From the NCBI GenBank assembly GCA_033764015.1, contig JANRJK010000036.1:256001-320000 (forward strand): DNA of 64,000 bases, read 5' to 3'. Every line of letters starts with the position of its first letter. Position 1 is the stretch's first letter. Of the stretch, positions 19,683 through 28,425 are shown piece by piece. This DNA is from Candidatus Sumerlaeia bacterium. Lineage in GTDB: Bacteria; Sumerlaeota; Sumerlaeia; SLMS01; JANRJK01. The translations under genes were made by a program, and so were the position numbers. The notes beneath the pieces were generated by a model. It searched no databases, was not told where the DNA came from, and saw only the letters and a program-made list of their open reading frames with translations.

Positions 19683-20744
19683 TCAGAACTGGCGCAGGAA
19701 GCGCATGTCGTTCTGGTAGAGCAGGCGGATGTCGGTGATGCCGTAGCGGATCATGGCGAGCCGGTCGACGCCGAGGCCGAAGGCGAAGCCCTTCCACTCC
19801 TCGGGATCGAGCCCTGCGTTGCGGAGCACTTGCGGGTGCACCATGCCGCAGCCGAGCACCTCCATCCAGTTGTTCGAGAAGGGCGCCCAGATGTCCATCT
19901 CGGCGCTCGGTTCGGTGAACGGGAAGAAGGACGGGCGGAAGCGCGTCTTCACATCGCGGCCGAAGAGCGCGCGCACGAATTCGTTGAGCACGCCCTTCAG
20001 GTGGCAGAACGACACGTCGCGGTCCACCAGAAGGCCCTCGATCTGGTGGAACATCGGCGAGTGCGTCGCGTCCGAGTCGCAGCGGTAGACGCGGCCCGGC
20101 GTGACCGCGGCGAAGGGCGGCGGCGTGGTGCGCATCACCCGGATCTGGGTCGGCGAGGTGTGCGTGCGGAGCACCATGCCGCGCTCGGTCCAGAAGGTGT
20201 CCTGCATGTCGCGGGCCGGGTGGTCCGCGGGGATGTTGAGCGACTCGAAGTTGAGCCACTCGCTCTCGACCTGCGGGCCGGAGGCGGTGAAGAAGCCCAT
20301 GCCTTCGAAGATGGCGACGATTTCGTCGGTGACGCGGGTGACGGGGTGCAGGTGGCCCGGGCGCGGGCGGATGCCGGGCATGGTGACGTCGACGGCCTCA
20401 GCCTCGAGGGCGGCGGCGAGCGCGGCCCGCTCCAGCTCGTCCTTGCGCTCGGCGTAGCGGCCCTGGAGGGCGCCCTTGCGCTCGTTGAGGTGCTTGCCGG
20501 CGAGCGGCTTCTCCTCCGGGGCGAGCTTGCCCATGCGGGCGTTCAGCTCGGAGAGGAAGCCCTTCTTGCCGAGGAGTTCCACGCGGAGTTCCTCGAGCGC
20601 GGCGCTGTCGGTCGCGGCGTCGAGGCGGGCGAAGGCCTCGGGCATCCGGGCGGCGAGGTCGTCCACCAGCGCGCGGAGTTCCGGCGAGGCGCCCTCGGGG
20701 AGCGCCGCCGTGGTCGTTTCGGTCGGTTCGGTGTTCGTTTCCAT
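19683..20744 (-). CDS. pheS: Phenylalanine--tRNA ligase alpha subunit
   Basis: HPARDMQDTF, LRTHTSP.QIR, DATHSPMFHQIEGL, FPFTEPS, GFAFGLG.DR. Confidence 0.97.
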   Translation of the reverse strand: METNTEPTETTTAALPEGASPELRALVDDLAARMPEAFARLDAATDSAALEELRVELLGKKGFLSELNARMGKLAPEEKPLAGKHLNERKGALQGRYAERKDELERAALAAALEAEAVDVTMPGIRPRPGHLHPVTRVTDEIVAIFEGMGFFTASGPQVESEWLNFESLNIPADHPARDMQDTFWTERGMVLRTHTSPTQIRVMRTTPPPFAAVTPGRVYRCDSDATHSPMFHQIEGLLVDRDVSFCHLKGVLNEFVRALFGRDVKTRFRPSFFPFTEPSAEMDIWAPFSNNWMEVLGCGMVHPQVLRNAGLDPEEWKGFAFGLGVDRLAMIRYGITDIRLLYQNDMRFLRQF

Positions 20745-20851
20745 TCAGGCCGGTGCCGGGGGGCGGATTCCCTGCGCGGTGCGGGGTCGCCCCGGCGTTT
20801 CGCGAGGGTGCGCGAGCGGTGCGCACCGATGCAAGGGTGTTGGACGGGACG

Positions 20852-21991
20852 CTAGCGGCGGCGGGCTTGGGCCTCCGCGATCAGCCGGCGGATCTGGGCC
20901 TGCTGGGTCTCGCGTCGGAGGTGTTCGCCTGCGAACACTTGGGCGGCGGAAGCGCGGCGCGATGCCTCTTCGGAGGAGGCGAGCGCGGCGCGCAACGCCT
21001 CCGCCAGCGGCGCCGGGCCGCCGCCTTCGAAGAGGAAACCCCGCCCGCCGCCGATCTGCCACGCGACATCCCCGACGGCGCGGGCGCAGACCGGCGTGCC
21101 AATCATCATCGCTTCGCTGATGGAAATCGGCATCGCCTCGCCGTAGCTCGGAAGGACCAGGAGGTCCGCCGCGGCGATCAGCTCGTGCGCGTCGGTGCGG
21201 CGCCCGAGGTATTCGACGCCCGCGGGCCGCTCGCGAAGGAAGGCGCGGACTTCCGGATCGGGGTCCGATGCTTCTTCCGGCCCCACGACGACGAGCCGCA
21301 GCCCCGGATGATCGGCGCGGAGCCCGGGCCACACCGACATGAGGTCGGGGATTCCCTTCCGCGCGCAGACGGTGCCGAGGAAGAGGAGCACGCGCTCGTC
21401 CGGCCGCCAACCCAGGCGCGAGCGCGTCGCGCCCCGGTCGGCCCGGAGTGCCGAGAGCGAGGGATCGACGCCGTTCGGCGAGACCTCCCAGACGGCGCGA
21501 GCGGGGGAAGGGGCGAACAACTCAACCCCGGTGCTCGAGTCGAACGCCGCCGCGTGGGCGAACCTCCGGACACAGAACCGCTTCAGTCCGTGGGTGTGTC
21601 CCTGGTGCCAGCCCTCGCGCACGTGGACGAGGAGCGGAAGCCCGAGCCGCGCCGCCGCCAGCATGGGCGCGATCTGGACGCTCGAGTTGGCGTAGACGAC
21701 CTCCGCGCCGCGGAGGGCGGCACCATAGCGCCCAAGAGACCCGAATCGGTTGAGTAGCAGGCCGGGGGCCTTCCAAAGCGGGACATCGGAGATGCCGACG
21801 GTGGCGAGGCCGACCCGGCGGCACTCGATTCCCCCCTGCAGGAGCGGGGCCTCGAGCGGCGATGCGCATGGAAAGACCGCTATCGAACACTCCGCGGGCC
21901 AGCCGCCGGTGAGGAGGAAGTCCCGGAGCCAGAGCGTCGCGCCCGACGGCGCCTGGTGGTGGAAGCAGAATGCGACCCGCGGCGAATCCAT
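20852..21991 (-). CDS. Glycosyltransferase family 4 (GT-B)
   Basis: PNGVD, FLG...RKG, ADLLVLPSYGEAMPISISEAM (E-x7-E motif). Confidence 0.9.
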   Translation of the reverse strand: MDSPRVAFCFHHQAPSGATLWLRDFLLTGGWPAECSIAVFPCASPLEAPLLQGGIECRRVGLATVGISDVPLWKAPGLLLNRFGSLGRYGAALRGAEVVYANSSVQIAPMLAAARLGLPLLVHVREGWHQGHTHGLKRFCVRRFAHAAAFDSSTGVELFAPSPARAVWEVSPNGVDPSLSALRADRGATRSRLGWRPDERVLLFLGTVCARKGIPDLMSVWPGLRADHPGLRLVVVGPEEASDPDPEVRAFLRERPAGVEYLGRRTDAHELIAAADLLVLPSYGEAMPISISEAMMIGTPVCARAVGDVAWQIGGGRGFLFEGGGPAPLAEALRAALASSEEASRRASAAQVFAGEHLRRETQQAQIRRLIAEAQARRR

Positions 21992-22093
21992 GCGGGAAGG
22001 CGTTGGCGGCCAAGGGGTGGAAGCGCAAGGCGGAAGGGGTTGGGTGAATCAGTTTGACATGCCAAACAGGCGTCGGGCACATCAACTACGCGC

Positions 22094-22109
22094 TGGCGCG
22101 CTCTGTGCC
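22094..22109 (+). promoter_or_regulatory. Candidate sigma-54 (-24/-12) promoter upstream of the second pseudopilin operon
   Basis: TGGCGCGCTCTGTGCC has correct GG-N10-GC spacing. A short palindrome GTTTG-N6-CAAAC lies at 22052-22067. Confidence 0.3.
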
Positions 22110-22195
22110 TATCTCTCCGGCAACAGCTTGCGTCGCCCCCACCCGGCGCCGAGCAATCCCCTCGAAGGACCCCACGCGGCTTAGGCCAATCGCCG

Positions 22196-22864
22196 ATGCA
22201 CGAGACACCCGCAGCCGCGCCCCACCGCGCCGAATCGGCTCGAAACGGGGCGGAGCGCCGCATTTCCGGCGCGTTCACCCTGATCGAGCTGCTCATCGTG
22301 GTGGCGATCCTCGCCATCCTGGCGGCGGTCGCGTTGCCGAACTTCCTCGAGGCGCAGGTGCGCTCGAAGGTCTCGCGGGTCCGGGCGGACATGCGCTCCA
22401 TCGCCACTGCGGCGGAAGCGTACCACGTGGACAATAACCGATACCCCTATGTCGCGGATACGCTGAACTCGCTGGATGAGCGCATGAGGCAGCTCACGAC
22501 GCCGATCGCCTTCCTCACGTCGATTCCCCGCGACCCGTTCGTGCGCCGCAGCGGATCCGCATACGGGTTCGATTCCGCCGAGGACCCGAGCGGCGCGAGC
22601 TACTTGTACAACACCGGAAACGTCCTGGTCGGCCCCGGTGTGAGCGATCCGAACAACGCGGGGCGGCAGGGCTGGTCGCTCACCAGCGGCGGACCCGACA
22701 CGCTCCTCGAGTTTCCCTACTGGCCCTTCGCCGAGACGTTCATCATCTCGAACCAGCACTTGAATTTCATCTACGATCCCACGAACGGGGCGGTCAGCCG
22801 GGGCGAAGTCTTCCGCCGCGGCGGGCGCGCGCTCCGTCCGATTCCGCAGATCGACAGCCAGTGA
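22196..22864 (+). CDS. Prepilin-type N-terminal cleavage/methylation protein (GspG/pseudopilin-like)
   Basis: SGA|FTLIELLIVVAILAILAAVALPNFLEAQVRSKVSR; IPRDPF; YDPTNGAVSRGEV. Confidence 0.9.
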   Translation: MHETPAAAPHRAESARNGAERRISGAFTLIELLIVVAILAILAAVALPNFLEAQVRSKVSRVRADMRSIATAAEAYHVDNNRYPYVADTLNSLDERMRQLTTPIAFLTSIPRDPFVRRSGSAYGFDSAEDPSGASYLYNTGNVLVGPGVSDPNNAGRQGWSLTSGGPDTLLEFPYWPFAETFIISNQHLNFIYDPTNGAVSRGEVFRRGGRALRPIPQIDSQ

Positions 22865-23676
22865 AGAAGCCCCTCGCCGCGTTCCTCGCCGCGGCCGCGT
22901 TCGCGCGTGGCGGCACACCGCAGACCGCCGATCTGGAATTCCCGGCGGCACACGACGTCTGGCATTACTTCAATGCCTTCAACGCAGCGACGCGCGAGTT
23001 GGCACCCCCGTTCCTCCTGCCCCAGTCCTTCTCCGGAGGCGACCGCCGCGACGCCACCGTGGCGCTCGTTTTCGACATCGAGGCGCCCACCGGCTTCCCC
23101 GCCAACTTCCGCGTCACCCAGGCCCGCCTGCGTGTCTGGGACATCCGCTTCGCCCAGTGGACCACGGGCGGGACGAACGAGTACGGCGGCCCGCGGCGAA
23201 TCGAGCTGTTCGCCGCAGGCTTCGGCCCCGCCTACTCCGAAGCGACTTGGGACGGCACGCAGCCCTTCATCGGCGGCAACAACGACTCGTCGTTCCCCCG
23301 CGACCCCTTCCCCCGCGACCTCGCGACCGACGCGAACGTGCAGAACGAGGTCCTCAGCTACGCGCCGTGGGCCATCGGCGCGCCGGTGGGCTATGCGCCC
23401 GGAGCGATGACGCAGGCGTTCCCCATCGACTTCACGCTCGATGTAGCGGACCCGACGATCCAGCAGGAGTTGCGCGACGATCTCGCCTCGGGCTTCAGCT
23501 CGTGGATCGTCAGCTCGACGTTCGTCGCCGACTTCATGGGCCTTCCCGGGACGATCCCGAACGTGGTGATGGCCGAGGGGATCGGCAGCCACCCGCCCGC
23601 GACGGCACCGACTTTGTTCCTCACAATCGAGGAGGTCACTGCGGCCTCCGCCACCTCTTGGTTCTACTACGAGTAG
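22861..23676 (+). CDS. Exported hypothetical protein, one copy of a domain shared with the next gene
   Basis: GTG start overlaps the pilin stop (GTGA). Signal peptide. Terminates SATSWFYYE. Confidence 0.75.
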   Translation: MKKPLAAFLAAAAFARGGTPQTADLEFPAAHDVWHYFNAFNAATRELAPPFLLPQSFSGGDRRDATVALVFDIEAPTGFPANFRVTQARLRVWDIRFAQWTTGGTNEYGGPRRIELFAAGFGPAYSEATWDGTQPFIGGNNDSSFPRDPFPRDLATDANVQNEVLSYAPWAIGAPVGYAPGAMTQAFPIDFTLDVADPTIQQELRDDLASGFSSWIVSSTFVADFMGLPGTIPNVVMAEGIGSHPPATAPTLFLTIEEVTAASATSWFYYE

Positions 23677-23713
23677 CATCCCGGCCCAGGGCCGGTGAAA
23701 GGACCACCTAAAC

Positions 23714-25390
23714 GTGCTTCGACCCTGCTTGACCGCGGCCTTGTTCGCCGCCTGTGCCACGGCATCGCAGGCCGGCGGCACGGATAAGACCATCGCCGCA
23801 CCCAGCGACGACCGCTGGCACTATCCGTTCAACCAGACACCCGGCTTCCGCACCACCGCGTCGCTCTTCGTGACGCCCCCCAACACGGGGTTCGACTACC
23901 GGGACGCGATGATGATGATCCGCTGGCGCCCCAGCCAGGACTCCCTCGCGCCGGACTTCATCCCGTCGGGGCTCGATCCCTCCGAGTACGAGTTCGACGC
24001 GGTCCGGATCACGGTGCACCACGCGACCGGCACGTACACGTGGGACACGCGCAACCCTGCGGTGAACTTCCAAGGGAAGCCCTTCGTGATGGAGGTCTTC
24101 GGCTTCGACGTCGATTCCGGCGTAAGCTTCACGGAGGAAACCTGGACCGAGTTCAGCCCCTTCTTCGGCCAGTCCCCCTTCACACCCACAGGCATCCGCA
24201 ACCCGCACCCGCTAAACCTTCAGAGCACCTCGCCGCAGCCGAACGCGACGAATCTGGTCGATGCGCAGCCTTGGGGCTTCGGCGAACCGGTCTATGGCAC
24301 CGACCCCGGGGAGTACACCCCGGGCGTCGCGGCCACCACGCCGTTCCCGGTCACCTTCACGCTCGATCTGTCGAACATCCGCGTGAAGCGGTACATCCAG
24401 GAGGCGCTCGCGGCGGGGCGCCTCGAGTTCGTCCTCTCCTCGACGGCGGGTCCCGCGGACCCCGGGGGCGGCCCTCCGGGCGGCGCGCAGACGTTCGTCC
24501 CGGTTCTGACCACGAAGGAGAACACCACCGCGCCGGCGCCGAGCATCACCTTCGAGAACCTGCGCTTCCGCAACCGCGACCTGTCGCTCGTGGTGTCCGA
24601 CGACCAGTGGCAGTACCCGTTCAACGCGACGCCCGGAACACGCACGAGCGCTTCGCTGTTCACGTCGCCGCCGGGCGCCGGGTTCGACTACCGCGACGGC
24701 ATGATGATCGTGCGCTGGCGGATACCCGCGGACCCGTCGAGCCCGGACCACATCACTCCGGGGCTGCCGCCCGCGGCGTACCGGATCGAGGGCGCCACGG
24801 CGACACTCTGGCATTCTAGCGGCTCCTTCAACTGGGACACGCGGTCGCCCGCGATCAACCCGTTCGGCGAGCCGTTCCGCCTCGAAGTGTTCGGCATGGG
24901 CGTTCTCCCCGGCGGGTCCTTCACCGCGGAGACGTGGACCGAGACCACCCCGATTTCCGCCGCGACCCCGTTTCCCCCGGTGCGCCCGCGCAACCCGTAT
25001 CCGGTCGGCGGGAACCTCGCCAACCCGACGCAGAACGTCTCCAACACGCAGGGCGCGACCGTGTGGGGCCTTGGCGAGCCGACCTATGGCGTCGATTCCG
25101 GGGAGTACTTCCCCGGCAGCGCCGCGCCGTTCCCCTTCCCCGTCGAGTTCGACTTGGACCTGTCGAACCCGAACATCCTCGCGTACCTCCAGCGTGGCCT
25201 GTCGGAGGGGCGCATCGAGCTGGTGTTCGCATCGACCGCCGCCGCCGAACAGCCTGCCCGCGGTACCCCGCCGAGCGGCACGCCGGTGTTCCTCATGAAG
25301 GAAAGCGGCACCGGGCAGAACGCACCGCAGCTCCTGCTGCGCGGCGTTTCGATCCAAGAGCCGCTCGATAGCGGGTGGACGCTCCGGTAA
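23714..25390 (+). CDS. Exported hypothetical protein with two tandem copies of the same domain
   Basis: Signal peptide; DDRWHYPFN and DDQWQYPFN repeats; terminates LDSGWTLR. Confidence 0.78.
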   Translation: MLRPCLTAALFAACATASQAGGTDKTIAAPSDDRWHYPFNQTPGFRTTASLFVTPPNTGFDYRDAMMMIRWRPSQDSLAPDFIPSGLDPSEYEFDAVRITVHHATGTYTWDTRNPAVNFQGKPFVMEVFGFDVDSGVSFTEETWTEFSPFFGQSPFTPTGIRNPHPLNLQSTSPQPNATNLVDAQPWGFGEPVYGTDPGEYTPGVAATTPFPVTFTLDLSNIRVKRYIQEALAAGRLEFVLSSTAGPADPGGGPPGGAQTFVPVLTTKENTTAPAPSITFENLRFRNRDLSLVVSDDQWQYPFNATPGTRTSASLFTSPPGAGFDYRDGMMIVRWRIPADPSSPDHITPGLPPAAYRIEGATATLWHSSGSFNWDTRSPAINPFGEPFRLEVFGMGVLPGGSFTAETWTETTPISAATPFPPVRPRNPYPVGGNLANPTQNVSNTQGATVWGLGEPTYGVDSGEYFPGSAAPFPFPVEFDLDLSNPNILAYLQRGLSEGRIELVFASTAAAEQPARGTPPSGTPVFLMKESGTGQNAPQLLLRGVSIQEPLDSGWTLR

Positions 25391-25486
25391 CCCGCTTGCG
25401 GCGCTGGTACATGTTTGGCCTCTAGCGGCGGGGCCCGGGCGCGACCCGGGCCCCGCAACCTTTTCCACTTCCCGGAGACCTTTGCC

Positions 25487-26284
25487 ATGCGCGGTGCCCT
25501 GATCGCCCTTTCCCTGCTGCTGGCCGCGTTGATCCCCGTCGCCGCCGGCGCACAGCCCGTCGGCGAGACCGTCGTTTACAAGGAGGGCGAGACCGAGTTG
25601 GAAGGCTTCGTCGTCTCCCCGGCCAAGCCCGGCGAGAAGCTCCCCGCGGTCCTTGTGGTCCACGAGTGGATGGGGCTGAACGACTTCGCGAAAGAGCAGG
25701 CGGCGCGCGTCGCGGACCTCGGCTATGTGGGCTTCGCGGTGGACATCTACGGCAAAGGCGTCCGGGCGAAGGACGCGCAGGAGGCGGGGCAGCTCGCGGG
25801 CAAGTACCGCTCCGGCGACCGGGCGCTGCTCCGGGCCCGCATCAACGCCGCGCTCGAAGAGGTCCGCAAGCGCCCCGACGTCGATGCGGACCGCATCGCG
25901 GCGATCGGCTTCTGCTTCGGCGGCTCGACGGTGCTCGAACTGGCGCGCTCCGGCGCCGATGTGCGTGGCGTCGTGAGCTTCCACGGCGGCATCGCCCCGG
26001 TCGACCCGGCGGACGCGAAAAACATCAAGGCGAAGGTGCTCGTGCTCCATGGCGCGGTCGACCCGTACGATCCGCGCGAGGAAGTGATCGCCTTCGAAGA
26101 CGAGATGAACGCCGCCGGCGTTGACTACGAAGTGGTGCTCTACAGCGGCACGGTGCACAGCTTCACGAACCCCGGCGCGGGGAACGACCCTTCGCGCGGC
26201 GCGGCGTACAACGAGCGTTCGGCCAAGCGCGCCTTCGCCCGTATGGAGGACTTCCTCGCGGAAGTCTTCGCGCCCAAGAAGTAA
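25487..26284 (+). CDS. Exported dienelactone hydrolase family protein
   Basis: VHEWMGLN, IGFCFGG nucleophile elbow, VSFHG, HG.VDP, HSFTNP. Confidence 0.9.
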   Translation: MRGALIALSLLLAALIPVAAGAQPVGETVVYKEGETELEGFVVSPAKPGEKLPAVLVVHEWMGLNDFAKEQAARVADLGYVGFAVDIYGKGVRAKDAQEAGQLAGKYRSGDRALLRARINAALEEVRKRPDVDADRIAAIGFCFGGSTVLELARSGADVRGVVSFHGGIAPVDPADAKNIKAKVLVLHGAVDPYDPREEVIAFEDEMNAAGVDYEVVLYSGTVHSFTNPGAGNDPSRGAAYNERSAKRAFARMEDFLAEVFAPKK

Positions 26285-26314
26285 GCCGGCATCGATCCGG
26301 GAGGAGCGCGCCGC

Positions 26315-27382
26315 ATGGACCCGCTGACGCAAATGGCGCTGGGCGCCGCCGCCGGTGTCGCCGTTGCGGGCCGCAAGCTGCCGCGCGCCTCGCTGCTGGT
26401 CGGCGCGCTGGCGGGCGCGTTGCCCGACCTTGACGTCATCATCCATATCCCCGGCGATCCGTTGTCGGGGATCATCTACCACCGGCACTTCACGCACTCG
26501 ATCTTCCTAGCTCCGGTCATCGGCCTGCTCGCCGCGGCGGTGTTCATGCCGATGAAGCGTTATGCGCACCTGCGCCTGTGGTTGGCGGCGGCGGGCATCG
26601 CCGGCGCGCTGAGCCATGCGCCGCTCGATTGGATGACGAGCTACGGCACGCTGATCCTCTGGCCCTTCACCAACGCGCGGTTCGCGACGGACTGGCTTCC
26701 TATCATCGACCCGATCTTCACGCTGACGTTGATCGGCATCCTGGTGGCGGCGGGCTGCACGCGCCGCGCGGCGCTTCGGCCAGCGGGGCTGGCGTTTTGC
26801 GCGCTCTTCTTCGCCGCCGGGATCTGGCAGCATTCGCTCGCGACGGGCGCCACGCGGGAACTCGCCGCGGCGCGCGGCCACGAGCCGGTCCGGGTCCGGG
26901 CGCTGGCGCTGCCGGGGTCGCTGCTGCTCTGGCGGAGCGTCTACGAAGCGGACGGCCAGCTCCACCTCGACAGCTTCCGCACCGGGTTCCTCCGCGGCAC
27001 CATGGCGAGGCCCGGCGCGACCGTTACGCTCGTGCGCGAATCCGATCTCCCCGCGCACTTCGCCAGCGACCCCGAGGCCCTGCGCGCGTTCCGCGTGTGG
27101 GACTGGTTCACGGACGGCTACACGGCGTGGGTCGAAGGTGGCGAAGGGCGCACGCTGGGCGACTACCGCTATGTGCTGGACGCGGAGCGCGGCACGCCGA
27201 TGTGGGGGATCGAGCTGGATCCGGACGCCCCGCGCCATGTGCGGCGCGTGAGCTTCCGCCCGAGCGCGGAGCGCTCGAAAGAGGAACTGCTCGCCGGCAT
27301 CTTCCGCCCGGAGGAGCAGTATCAGCCGCTCGAGGACGTTGTGGCGTCGATCCGTGCCGCGGCGGTGGCTTCCCCCCGCTGA
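26315..27382 (+). CDS. Inner-membrane metal-dependent hydrolase (YdjM-like)
   Basis: MDPLTQ, LPDLD, HRHFTHS, SH..LDWMTSYGT..LWPF, IIDP. Confidence 0.85.
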   Translation: MDPLTQMALGAAAGVAVAGRKLPRASLLVGALAGALPDLDVIIHIPGDPLSGIIYHRHFTHSIFLAPVIGLLAAAVFMPMKRYAHLRLWLAAAGIAGALSHAPLDWMTSYGTLILWPFTNARFATDWLPIIDPIFTLTLIGILVAAGCTRRAALRPAGLAFCALFFAAGIWQHSLATGATRELAAARGHEPVRVRALALPGSLLLWRSVYEADGQLHLDSFRTGFLRGTMARPGATVTLVRESDLPAHFASDPEALRAFRVWDWFTDGYTAWVEGGEGRTLGDYRYVLDAERGTPMWGIELDPDAPRHVRRVSFRPSAERSKEELLAGIFRPEEQYQPLEDVVASIRAAAVASPR

Positions 27383-27479
27383 CCCGGCACTGTACCGGAT
27401 GGTGCGCTGGTGGACGCTGCGGGTCCGCATTGCAGCACCGATCCAGAAACAAACTTAATGATATCAATAATCAAGGAGG

Positions 27480-27495
27480 CGGCACCGGGGTTGCC
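27480..27495 (+). promoter_or_regulatory. Candidate sigma-54 (-24/-12) promoter
   Basis: CGGCACCGGGGTTGCC is a close match to TGGCAC-N5-TTGC, immediately downstream of an AT-rich tract (27447-27474) that stands out in this GC-rich DNA. Confidence 0.45.
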
Positions 27496-27650
27496 GAGGC
27501 GTGGGCTGGAACCCGTACGACTAGCAGGGGCTTTCCGCGCGGTTGGGCCGGCGGAACCTCCGGCCGACCGGCCACCAGATGGGATGTTCGCGCTTGCCCT
27601 CGTTTGTCCGCATCCGGACCCAATGCCAGACTGGCCGACGGCGCCTATCC

Positions 27651-27676
27651 GATTTCCCCCACCAATGGGGGAAATC
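27651..27676. repeat. Perfect 10-bp inverted repeat (hairpin or operator) just upstream of the Met-rich gene
   Basis: GATTTCCCCC-ACCAAT-GGGGGAAATC. Confidence 0.6.
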
Positions 27677-27709
27677 CGCGCCGCGGAATCCAACTGACGA
27701 GGTGAGATC

Positions 27710-28300
27710 ATGCGGAAGTCCATGCTCGTAGGCGCGGTGGCGACGGTCTTGGCGGCGGCGGTGGTGTTTTGCGTCGCGCAGGATGGAATGGAGGACGCAG
27801 GGCATTCGACGGGCGGGATGCCGGTGTTCAAGGCCGGACCGGAGCAGGAAGGCCTGAAGAGGCTCGTCGGGAAGTGGACCTCGGAGATGACGATGCCGAT
27901 GGGACCGGGGATGCCCGACATGAAGTCCACCGGTTCGAGCGAGATCACGATGGTGGGGGAATTCTGGGCGGTCGAGCGCGCGACGTTCAACATGATGGAT
28001 ACTGAGATGGCCGGCCTCGGCATCTACGGCTACGACATCGTGAAGAAGGCGCACACGTCCAAGTGGGTGGACTCTTATGCCCCTTACGCCATGGATATAG
28101 AGGGGACGGTCGACAAGGACGGCAAGATGGTGATGACCGGCATGGGCCCGGACATGGCCATGAACGTCGACAACCTCACCGAGTACAAGATGGTGGGCAC
28201 TTGGGTGGACGACGACACCCGCACCATGGACATGTTCATCATGATGCCCGATGGGCAGGAGATGAAGATCTGGTCGATGACGGCGAAGCGCGCCGAGTAG
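27710..28300 (+). CDS. Exported methionine-rich beta-barrel-like protein (DUF1579-like)
   Basis: Signal peptide; LKRLVGKW, GYD..KK.HTS.WVDS; 26 Met in 196 aa by hand count; GAGGTG RBS. Confidence 0.7.
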   Translation: MRKSMLVGAVATVLAAAVVFCVAQDGMEDAGHSTGGMPVFKAGPEQEGLKRLVGKWTSEMTMPMGPGMPDMKSTGSSEITMVGEFWAVERATFNMMDTEMAGLGIYGYDIVKKAHTSKWVDSYAPYAMDIEGTVDKDGKMVMTGMGPDMAMNVDNLTEYKMVGTWVDDDTRTMDMFIMMPDGQEMKIWSMTAKRAE

Positions 28301-28425
28301 CCGGCGGACCCCCCGGCGCGCCTCCGCCAACGGGGCGGGGGCGCGCCGCTAAACCACTTTTCCACAAGATCGCTCTTGCCACCGTCCGGGGTGCGGGCCC
28401 GTGACGATCTTTCCGAAGGCAGTCA

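Noticed and set aside
22054..22082. Perfect TTGACA -35 hexamer
   Set aside because: No acceptable -10 element at 16-18 nt spacing.
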